The position numbers and the translations under genes are program-made. DNA of 64,000 nt from Acidobacteriota bacterium (lineage in GTDB: Bacteria; Acidobacteriota; Terriglobia; Terriglobales; Acidobacteriaceae), in the NCBI GenBank assembly GCA_018268775.1, contig JAFDVV010000019.1:156483-220482 (forward strand), given 5' to 3'. Shown one piece after another: positions 36,962 through 44,446 of this stretch; position 1 is the first letter of the stretch; every line of letters begins with the position of its first letter. A model generated the notes under the pieces. It was not told the DNA's origin and made no database searches. It saw only the letters and a list, made by a program, of their open reading frames with translations.

Positions 36962-39061
36962 ATGTCAACTGTTTCAGTCTCCCACAGCGAAATCCAACAG
37001 GCACACACTACAGCAGGCCGTCCCGGCAAAGGAAACCGCCGCCCCCTCTGGGACAGCAAAATTGTGCGACAAGCCCTTCTCGATTCGCTGAGAAAGCTCA
37101 ATCCGCGCACGATGATGCGTAACCCCGTAATGTTCGTGGTCGAAATTGGCAGCGCGATCACCACGGTGTTGCTGTTTCGAGACACAGGCGTGCATCATGC
37201 CGCCCTGCGGTTCGATCTGCAAATCACACTTTGGCTCTGGTTTACCGTGCTGTTTGCGAATTTTGCCGAGGGCATGGCCGAGGGGCGCGGCAAGGCGCAG
37301 GCAGATACGCTGCGGCGCGCGAAGTCGGAGACCCTCGCGCATCGTCTCCGTGAGCAGGGCATAACCGAGGACGTGCCGAGCTCGCAACTGCGAGCGGGCG
37401 ACGTCGTAATGGTAGCGGCTGGAGAGATGATCCCCGGCGACGGTGAAGTTATGGACGGCGTCGCCTCAGTGGATGAGTCCGCCATCACCGGTGAATCAGC
37501 TCCTGTCATCCGCGAATCAGGCGGGGACCGCTCGGCAGTCACAGGAGGAACGAGGGTGCTCTCCGATCACCTGACGATCAGGATCACATCGAACCCAGGA
37601 GAGACCTTTCTGGACAAGATGATCGCGCTCGTCGAGGGGGCTGAGCGACAGAAGACCCCAAATGAGATCGCACTCAACATTCTGCTGGCCGGGTTGACTG
37701 TTATCTTCCTCCTCGCGGTAGTGACCTTGCAGCCGTTCGCTGTTTATTCCGCTGCGCCGCAGACGGTCTTTGTACTGGTCTCGCTTCTGGTGTGCCTTAT
37801 TCCAACGACCATCGGCGGCCTGCTCTCAGCGATTGGCATCGCGGGCATGGACCGCCTCATTCAGCACAACGTGTTGGCCATGAGCGGACGCGCAGTCGAG
37901 GCGGCGGGAGACGTAAACACGCTGCTTCTCGACAAGACAGGCACGATCACTTTTGGCAACCGCCAGGCAACCGAGTTTGTCGCCGCACCCGGAATCAGCA
38001 ACGATCAACTTGCCGATGCAGCCCAACTGTCGTCCTTGCCGGACGAAACGCCAGAGGGACGCTCCATTGTCGTGCTTGCCAAGGAACGCTATGGACTGCG
38101 CGGGCGCGAAATGGAGGAGATGAATGTGGAGTTCGTGCCCTTCAGCGCAACCACCCGCATGTCCGGTGTGAATATTCAGGGAAGCGAAATTCGCAAGGGC
38201 GCAGCCGAGGCAATTGCCCGTTTCGTGGAAGAGCGCGGCGGCAAGGTACCGCAACAGGTGCGCGAGGCAGTAGAGACCGTAGCCCGCGCCGGGGGCACGC
38301 CGCTGGTGGTTGCCCAGGACGCGCACGTACTCGGCGTAATTCACCTGAAGGACATCGTGAAAGGCGGAATGCGGGAACGGTTCGCACAACTGCGAACCAT
38401 GGGAATCCGAACCATCATGATTACCGGCGACAACCCCCTCACAGCCGCTGCCATTGCGCGCGAAGCGGGCGTGGACGACTTCCTTGCCGAAGCGAAACCG
38501 AAGGACAAGATGGACCTCATCAAGCGCGAGCAAGCGCAGGGCAAGCTCGTCGCGATGACAGGCGACGGGACCAACGACGCTCCCGCGCTCGCACAAGCTG
38601 ACGTGGGCGTAGCCATGAACACCGGTACGCAGGCGGCAAAAGAAGCGGGCAATATGGTTGACCTCGACTCAAACCCAACCAAGCTCATCGAGATCGTCGA
38701 GATTGGCAAACAGTTGCTGATGACCAGAGGCGCGCTCACAACCTTCTCCATCGCCAACGATATAGCAAAATACTTCGCAATTATTCCAGCCATGTTTGCC
38801 GGTGCATTTCCCGTCCTGAATGCGCTGAACATCATGCATCTGCGCACCCCACAATCAGCGATTCTGTCGGCGGTCATCTTCAACGCTCTGATTATCGTCG
38901 CCCTCATCCCGCTGGCGCTGCGCGGTGTGCGCTACCGGCCCATGCAGGCGTCGGAACTGCTTCAGCGCAATCTCTGGATCTACGGAGTCGGCGGCATTGT
39001 TGTGCCTTTCGTGGGAATCAAAGCCATCGACATTCTCATTACCGCGATACACCTCGTTTAG
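36962..39061 (+). CDS. kdpB: K+-transporting P-type ATPase subunit B
   Basis: DKTGTIT phosphorylation motif, [22 protein letters not shown]. Confidence 0.95.
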   Translation: MSTVSVSHSEIQQAHTTAGRPGKGNRRPLWDSKIVRQALLDSLRKLNPRTMMRNPVMFVVEIGSAITTVLLFRDTGVHHAALRFDLQITLWLWFTVLFANFAEGMAEGRGKAQADTLRRAKSETLAHRLREQGITEDVPSSQLRAGDVVMVAAGEMIPGDGEVMDGVASVDESAITGESAPVIRESGGDRSAVTGGTRVLSDHLTIRITSNPGETFLDKMIALVEGAERQKTPNEIALNILLAGLTVIFLLAVVTLQPFAVYSAAPQTVFVLVSLLVCLIPTTIGGLLSAIGIAGMDRLIQHNVLAMSGRAVEAAGDVNTLLLDKTGTITFGNRQATEFVAAPGISNDQLADAAQLSSLPDETPEGRSIVVLAKERYGLRGREMEEMNVEFVPFSATTRMSGVNIQGSEIRKGAAEAIARFVEERGGKVPQQVREAVETVARAGGTPLVVAQDAHVLGVIHLKDIVKGGMRERFAQLRTMGIRTIMITGDNPLTAAAIAREAGVDDFLAEAKPKDKMDLIKREQAQGKLVAMTGDGTNDAPALAQADVGVAMNTGTQAAKEAGNMVDLDSNPTKLIEIVEIGKQLLMTRGALTTFSIANDIAKYFAIIPAMFAGAFPVLNALNIMHLRTPQSAILSAVIFNALIIVALIPLALRGVRYRPMQASELLQRNLWIYGVGGIVVPFVGIKAIDILITAIHLV

Positions 39062-39070
39062 GAGTAGGCC

Positions 39071-39661
39071 ATGCATAAGAATCTTGTGACCTCCGTTCTC
39101 TACACCGTAGTCACCGCCCTGTTGCTGGGCATCGCCTACCCGGTTTTCATGGCCGCTCTGGCGCATATGCTCTTCCCCTACAAGGCGGACGGACAGCTCC
39201 TCACAAAAAATGGCGAAGTGATTGGCTCACGGATTATCGGTCAGTCATTCACAGGCCCAGGCTACTTCCACAGCCGTCCCTCTGCGGCGGGTACCGGATA
39301 CGATGCGACCTCTTCGGGAGGCTCCAACTACGCAGCCACCAACGCGAAATACATCGCCAGGGTCGAAGCAAATGTGCTCAACCTGCAAAAGAACGACCCA
39401 GGAATTGCAGTGCCCGTAGACCTGGTAACAACATCTGGATCGGGCCTTGATCCCGACATCACGCCGGCAGCGGCAGAGTTTCAGGTACCGCGCGTTGCAA
39501 AAGAATGCGGGCTATCTATACCAGTAGTCGAAGATATGGTTAGGAAGCATACGGAGTCCCGGCAGTTCGGCTTTCTGGGGGAGCCGCGGGTCAATGTACT
39601 CGAACTGAATCTTGCACTACTTGCAGTCTGTCCACAAGAGGCTGATCAATCACTTCCGTAG
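39071..39661 (+). CDS. kdpC: K+-transporting ATPase subunit C
   Basis: 196 aa with an N-terminal TM helix, SSGGSNYAATN, and GSGLDPDITPAAAEFQVPRVA. Confidence 0.9.
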   Translation: MHKNLVTSVLYTVVTALLLGIAYPVFMAALAHMLFPYKADGQLLTKNGEVIGSRIIGQSFTGPGYFHSRPSAAGTGYDATSSGGSNYAATNAKYIARVEANVLNLQKNDPGIAVPVDLVTTSGSGLDPDITPAAAEFQVPRVAKECGLSIPVVEDMVRKHTESRQFGFLGEPRVNVLELNLALLAVCPQEADQSLP

Positions 39662-39752
39662 ATCAATTTGCAGATTGTGCTGAGTATGACCCAGGCGAAG
39701 TAGTGAGAAGCTAGCGATCTGTTTCGGAAATCGTTGCAACAATCGTTCAGTT

Positions 39753-39989
39753 TTGCGTCACGATCTTGAACCAATATCTGTGGGCGGGCACACGTTTCGC
39801 CACTCGTTTGCGACCATCCTCAAGTCGCATGGCGAGGACGTGAAGGCGGTGCAGGAGCTACTACGGCACGCGAACAGGAGCGTAACGCTAAACCTCCACG
39901 CACAGGCCGCGACAGACATCAGGCGTGGAGCGCAGAGCAAAGTGGCAAGATTAGTTTTCCAATCCAAAGAGGGGCAGGCGGAGAAATGA
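39753..39989 (+). pseudogene. Tyrosine-recombinase (phage integrase) C-terminal remnant
   Basis: Only 78 codons survive, covering the HTFRHSFAT (H-x-x-R) box and LLRHANRSVTLNLHAQA. His occupies the position where the catalytic Tyr is expected. No N-terminal or core-binding part is present upstream. Confidence 0.65.
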
Positions 39990-40054
39990 ACTCCTTATTG
40001 GACTTTTTCGGACCGGTGGCAATTTTAGGGGTTCCCGCTAAGCGGTTTGTTTTG

Positions 40055-40098
40055 TTGGCGTCCCCGACGGGATTCGAACCCGTGTTATCGCCGTGAAA
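40055..40098 (-). tRNA. 3' half of tRNA-Glu(UUC), from anticodon loop to CCA; fragment / att-site remnant
   Basis: Minus strand reads CTTTCACGGCGATAACACGGGTTCGAATCCCGTCGGGGACGCCA. This gives an anticodon loop with TTC, a T-arm ACGGG/TTCGAAT/CCCGT, and the acceptor 3' strand plus GCCA. The upstream sequence cannot form the anticodon 5' stem, D-arm or GTCCCCG acceptor strand. Confidence 0.7.
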
Positions 40099-40230
40099 GC
40101 CTCCGGAACTGAGGTAACTTATTGACTCTAATGGGAACGGGTGGCTCCCTCAGTCCCTCTTTAGACCTCTGGGCGCGCGGTATCGGACGGCAATTGGACG
40201 GTGATTCCGATGCCGTCTCGTGCCCGCGCT

Positions 40231-40851
40231 TCACCATCCAGGCGGTTTTGCAAACGTGCCCTTACGGTCAGTCACCATCCTCGGAAACTGGCTTGCGGCA
40301 AGTTCCCCTTGCCGGATACGCTTGATGAACGTCGCATACTGCCGGAGTTCCCGGCTGTGAAATTGATGTGGGTTGAGGATGCCAACCGGCAGCCCAATCT
40401 CCTGAGCGACGATACGCACCGGCTCCGCCAGATCGGAGTCGTTGGTGATCAGAACCGCCACCTCGAACCGTTTCATATAGGCGTCCCGCAGCAGGTGGGA
40501 CCCGAGGTTCACATCCGAGCCCTTTTCTTCGGTCTTGTCCACCCACACCCTCTGCGGGGGTACCACGTCAGTCAGGTACATCGGAACCGAATGCGTCAGG
40601 AAGCGCCCATATTTGATGTGGAGGTTCGGAATCGTCCTGAGCGCCCGGATGTACAAGCCCTGATCGTGAGCAGAGGAGGGATTGTAAGCTCTTGAGCTGA
40701 CGCGCGCCGTGAAATAGTGAAGTTCCTGGATTTTGTCCTTGGGGAGGAGGGTTTGGACGAGCTTGCTGAGGTCAAGCCACTTGTAGGGCGTACGCTTCAG
40801 GGCACCGTAATACAGATTGAATCCATCGACATAAGCGTTTACGATCGCCAC
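40231..40851 (-). CDS. NYN-domain (LabA/PIN-like) putative ribonuclease
   Basis: MAIVNAYVDGFNLYYG N-terminus and an internal VAVLITNDSDL acidic motif, both typical of NYN domains. Confidence 0.65.
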   Translation of the reverse strand: MAIVNAYVDGFNLYYGALKRTPYKWLDLSKLVQTLLPKDKIQELHYFTARVSSRAYNPSSAHDQGLYIRALRTIPNLHIKYGRFLTHSVPMYLTDVVPPQRVWVDKTEEKGSDVNLGSHLLRDAYMKRFEVAVLITNDSDLAEPVRIVAQEIGLPVGILNPHQFHSRELRQYATFIKRIRQGELAASQFPRMVTDRKGTFAKPPGW

Positions 40852-40873
40852 TCACTGCTCCGGACACTCGACC

Positions 40874-40901
40874 TTGACACATCGGGGTGACCCTGTAAAA
40901 T
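40874..40901 (+). promoter_or_regulatory. Near-consensus sigma70-type promoter
   Basis: TTGACA (40874-40879), 16-nt spacer, TAAAAT (40896-40901). Confidence 0.35.
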
Positions 40902-40907
40902 TGTAAT

Positions 40908-40976
40908 AGAAACTCCCCCTGCCCCTTGGTGGGCAGGAAGCGAGGCCGGCCTGCAAAGGCTGGCCTCAGTGTTTTT
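40908..40976 (+). ncRNA. Candidate ~70-nt small RNA (two stem-loops, second one terminator-like)
   Basis: Lies downstream of the promoter above. Hairpin 1 is CCTGCCC/GGGCAGG (40918-40937). Hairpin 2 is GAGGCCGGCC/GGCTGGCCTC (40942-40967), followed by AGTGTTTTT. No plausible plus-strand CDS is present here. Confidence 0.3.
40942..40976 (+). terminator. Intrinsic-terminator-like hairpin with T-run
   Basis: 10-bp GC-rich stem with one G-U pair, a 6-nt loop, and TTTTT at 40972-40976, which is 4 nt after the stem. Confidence 0.4.
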
Positions 40977-41054
40977 GGAAGGAATGAAAGATTTTTCAAT
41001 GTTCTGGGATCATTCAGGGAGCTGTTGGACGATCCGGGGGCGAGCGTTCTTCGT

Positions 41055-41618
41055 CTACTGGGCGGACGCCTGATCTCGGATCACACTTGCCAGAATCGGA
41101 GAACTATTTTCGCCAATGTCGCTCGCTCGCGTTGGATATTCCATGCTCCATTCCGCAAGAAAATGGAGGAGGCGAGAGACGGCTATGCCGCGCGGCTCCA
41201 ATAGAGAGTATTGGACGTGCGGCACTTTTCTGCTCAGATCGTTGCGAACGATGAGTCCATCGCGTTCCATCTGGCGTAGTTGCTGAGTCAGCATCTTTTT
41301 GGACGCGGCTGGGAACAAGCGACGCAGTTCTCCGAGCCTCGCCGGCCCTTCTTGAAGTCGGCAAAGAATGCCGATCTTCCATTTTCCTTGAACTAGGTTG
41401 ACCGCAAATCGGATAGCGGCTTGCTCCTGTTGCGAAAACTGGCAGTGCCCCGAGATCACGTTGCGTGAGGATTCGGAAGGACTGCAACGACTCGACACAC
41501 GATGCAGCGCGGTTGTAGGTAGGCTCCCGTAACCGTCCTCAGCCCCCTTGAAATTGGCTTTTACCGCCGCCCGCGCCACATGGCACCGCCGCTTCTCAAC
41601 ATTGGCGGACTTGCGCAC
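41055..41618 (-). CDS. HxlR-family winged-helix transcriptional regulator
   Basis: AVNLVQGKWKIGILCRLQEGPARLGELRRLFPAASKKMLTQQLRQMERDGLIVR is the HxlR signature. The ~60-aa N-terminal extension of the ORF may not be translated. Confidence 0.7.
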   Translation of the reverse strand: MRKSANVEKRRCHVARAAVKANFKGAEDGYGSLPTTALHRVSSRCSPSESSRNVISGHCQFSQQEQAAIRFAVNLVQGKWKIGILCRLQEGPARLGELRRLFPAASKKMLTQQLRQMERDGLIVRNDLSRKVPHVQYSLLEPRGIAVSRLLHFLAEWSMEYPTRASDIGENSSPILASVIRDQASAQ

Positions 41619-41771
41619 TGCCTCCTCGGAGCAATCCTTAGAGCGGTGTTCCGTTACTTGCTAAAGGCATCTTCGGAGGCGTTTTGGGGCACGCAGATTT
41701 GAATTGGCGGCAAACTGATCGCCTATACTTTTGGAATCGGTGGTTAATCCCCCTCGGGCAGAAGCTCGCAA

Positions 41772-42335
41772 ATGCCGCCAAAGGACACTCGCCGGCAAGA
41801 TCTGACGTGGAGTTGGGCCTGCTCAACGGGGCATCCGGCCACCGATCAGGCATTGGATGCTGCTGCCCAAGCAGCCTGGCCCTATGCTGTTCTTTGCGCC
41901 TGGACGTACCTGAATGATCGCGATTCCGCGCACGACCTGATGGACCACGCAGTCCAAAATGCGGCGGATTACCTTGAACGGCACCCGGGCAGACCTGTCC
42001 AAAAACTGACCGCGCGCATAAAAAGCGTCCTTCGCCGGCGCGCCAAACAATTAACGGCAAAGCGAGGCCGCGAGCTTTCGCATGGCTCGCTTGCCGATCT
42101 GGAGCAGATGTACTCTGAGCGGCCTGAGATCGAGCAGCGGATATATGCGTACGAGGTGTTGGCTCAATTGTCCCCTTTTGCGAATTCCATTGTTCATTGG
42201 CGCTGGCTGGAATACTCGTGGCGAGAGATTGCCAAGGAATTGGGCATGGATCACACAGCGGTACGCCGCGCATACTTTCGGGAGTTAGAATCGGTTGTTC
42301 GAAGCCTCTCCCGGCCAGGAGCTTCTCCTCAATGA
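41772..42335 (+). CDS. ECF-type sigma-70 family factor (divergent)
   Basis: Region-2-like segment (WPYAVLCAWTYLNDRDSAHDLMDHAV) and region-4 HTH (SWREIAKELGMDHTAVRRAYFRE). The stop overlaps the next ATG in an ATGA arrangement. Confidence 0.6.
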   Translation: MPPKDTRRQDLTWSWACSTGHPATDQALDAAAQAAWPYAVLCAWTYLNDRDSAHDLMDHAVQNAADYLERHPGRPVQKLTARIKSVLRRRAKQLTAKRGRELSHGSLADLEQMYSERPEIEQRIYAYEVLAQLSPFANSIVHWRWLEYSWREIAKELGMDHTAVRRAYFRELESVVRSLSRPGASPQ

Positions 42336-43030
42336 GATTGAATCTGCGGCGGTCCTCACGGGCGGAGAACCGCTTCGAGAAATGGATTGCTCAGCGCCAT
42401 CAGGAACGTGTGCTGGCAGGCGACACGACTGTTGTGGGTCCATGCCCCGATGAAGCTTTTCTGGAGGATTTGGCGCGCAGGTCAAGAAGGATTGCGCTAT
42501 CGGACCCGCGAGTCGATCATGCCGCAACCTGCTCAATATGTATGAACCGGCTATTGGCGCTGCGTTGCGAGCACCGTTCGCGCCAGCAAAAGCTGGTGTT
42601 CGCAACCGCTATCGCAGTCTGCGTAATCATTGCCGCAATTGTGACAATCACTCGATATGAGATAGGAAATCACTCTTTAGCCTCGAATATGGCCCCAATT
42701 GCTGAAACAGTTAACCTGTGGGATACCGGCGCATTCCGAGGCCAACAGCCGGGCCCACTGCAATCCGTCTCTTTGCCTGCCGCCCTCGTTCGGGTGAGAA
42801 TCATATTGCCGCGATTCAGTTCACCTGGACGGTATGTGGTGGCGGTTACTCACGATCCGAGCGGAAATGGAGTGGTCGCCGAGGCTACTGCCAATGCGAC
42901 CAGCAGCGGACAGCAAGAAATTATAGTGGCCGATCTCGATTTACGGAGCGCGAGGGCCGGCCGATACTACCTTGCCACAACGCATGAACAAGATCAGGCG
43001 GCATACTACTATCCGCTCCAAATTAAGTAG
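42332..43030 (+). CDS. Single-pass anti-sigma factor with a ZAS-like H-x3-C-x2-C motif
   Basis: The Met at 42332 overlaps the sigma stop. HAATCSIC lies at 42518-42541. A TM helix (LVFATAIAVCVIIAAIVTI) is followed by a ~110-aa extracytoplasmic domain. The ORF-track start at 42197 is an upstream extension overlapping the sigma gene. Confidence 0.55.
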   Translation: MRLNLRRSSRAENRFEKWIAQRHQERVLAGDTTVVGPCPDEAFLEDLARRSRRIALSDPRVDHAATCSICMNRLLALRCEHRSRQQKLVFATAIAVCVIIAAIVTITRYEIGNHSLASNMAPIAETVNLWDTGAFRGQQPGPLQSVSLPAALVRVRIILPRFSSPGRYVVAVTHDPSGNGVVAEATANATSSGQQEIIVADLDLRSARAGRYYLATTHEQDQAAYYYPLQIK

Positions 43031-43162
43031 AAGATGCATTCGACACTTGGTAGATGCGATGGCGCATCACCCTGTTCTAAGCAAACCCCAAGATGGGAAT
43101 GTCTGCCCAGGCGTATGATCGGAACTTGCGATTGGCAGCTCTCATTGTAGCAACCGTGGGAT

Positions 43163-44446
43163 TCAGCCATGGTTTGTAACGGTCGTCCCATGGATGTAGC
43201 TGATTGCATGATCGAGTTGTCGATCATTGCCGAGTCGCTGGTTTTGCCAATCAAATTCGATCATCTCGTCAGGCTCAATTGGTGTTCCCTCCAAAACCGC
43301 CCCCTTCCATGTGTAATAAGCTCCGGTGGGAAGCGCGAGCCTGAAACCTTTGCCGACTTTCATGGATGTCGCTGAGAGAAGCCGTCCAGCGGTTTTTTCG
43401 CCGATAATCGTAGCCAGCTTATTTTCTCGCGCGAATGCGACAATCATTTCAGCAGCGCTCGCAGTGTGTCTGTCTACGAGCAAAACAATCATTCCATGAA
43501 ACGGCTTCTCCCCCAATCCTTCCGTTTGAAGCACGATTGGCTTCTTTGCCAGCATCACGGGCGCAAATTGCAGCGCGAGAAGCCAGAGTGCTTTGGTTGA
43601 TGAGGGTATGTGGGAAAAGCGAGGGTACCCGAGTTTCTCCGAGTTGAGGCTCTTCGTGATCCGCCTCCTGTCCAGAGCAAATCCAACTGGGGTTCTTTCT
43701 GGTGTCAACAGGCTCATGACGCGCAGCGCGCCGATACCCCCTCCCGTATTCCCCCGGAGATCAATAATCAGGCGTGCGATTGCGCCCAGCTTCTCTACTT
43801 CGCTGGAGATTGCGTTGGCCACTTTGACACCCACCATACCAGGGAACATCGTAACCTTCAGATATCCCAAGCCGTCGTCGATGAGTCGGGCATCAACGAG
43901 CGTCGGCTGAATGAATTGAAGCTTTTTCCCTCTGGGGCGGGCTACATCGACTGACACCGTGCGTCGTTGTTCATCGTTGCCAACGATCTCAAGGCTGGTC
44001 TGCTTTCCCATTGAGAAGACCGGATGCTCGGGCGGCGAGACATCGCGACCATCGACGCTGAGGAGTATGTCCCCCGGTGAGATCCTCGCAATGCTGGCGG
44101 CTCCGCCGGCATGGACATCTTGAAAAATCCAACGCTTGCCGTAGGGAGTATCGTCGGCAAGGTAGGTCGCGCTGAGCGCAGCGCGGCTGGACGCTCTGCG
44201 GGCGCTGCGGTGGAAGAAGCCCAAATGCGACGTGTGCAATTCCGCCAGAAGATCGCTCATTGCCTGCTCAAAGGCGTCTGCGGTTGCCGCTCCTTCAATC
44301 AATGGCCAATGGCGCTCCACAGCCGCCTGCCAATCTGCGTTCAATTTCTCCGGTGAATAAAATCGTGTCTGCAATGACTTGAGCACGTTGCCCAGGATTT
44401 CATGCCGGTCTTTCGTGGAGAGTTGCATGGTTGAATTTGTCGTCAT
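43163..44446 (-). CDS. S41-family serine peptidase (C-terminal-processing/tricorn-core-like), no signal peptide
   Basis: LIIDLRGNTGGG and VDRHTASAAEM (S41 Ser motif); a PDZ-like segment (ISPGDILLSVDG). The start ATG overlaps the CHAT gene stop in an ATGA arrangement. Confidence 0.75.
   Translation of the reverse strand: MTTNSTMQLSTKDRHEILGNVLKSLQTRFYSPEKLNADWQAAVERHWPLIEGAATADAFEQAMSDLLAELHTSHLGFFHRSARRASSRAALSATYLADDTPYGKRWIFQDVHAGGAASIARISPGDILLSVDGRDVSPPEHPVFSMGKQTSLEIVGNDEQRRTVSVDVARPRGKKLQFIQPTLVDARLIDDGLGYLKVTMFPGMVGVKVANAISSEVEKLGAIARLIIDLRGNTGGGIGALRVMSLLTPERTPVGFALDRRRITKSLNSEKLGYPRFSHIPSSTKALWLLALQFAPVMLAKKPIVLQTEGLGEKPFHGMIVLLVDRHTASAAEMIVAFARENKLATIIGEKTAGRLLSATSMKVGKGFRLALPTGAYYTWKGAVLEGTPIEPDEMIEFDWQNQRLGNDRQLDHAISYIHGTTVTNHG

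Noticed and set aside
40055-40130. Possibility of a complete tRNA gene.
   Set aside because: Only the anticodon loop through the CCA end can be folded. The sequence 5' of the loop (minus strand ...CAGTTCCGGAGG) cannot pair with GGCGA, and no GTCCCCG acceptor strand is present.
42197-42331. Upstream extension of the anti-sigma ORF overlapping the sigma gene.
   Set aside because: The ATGA stop/start overlap at 42332-42335 is the standard coupled arrangement. The extension is out of frame within the sigma region-4 coding sequence.
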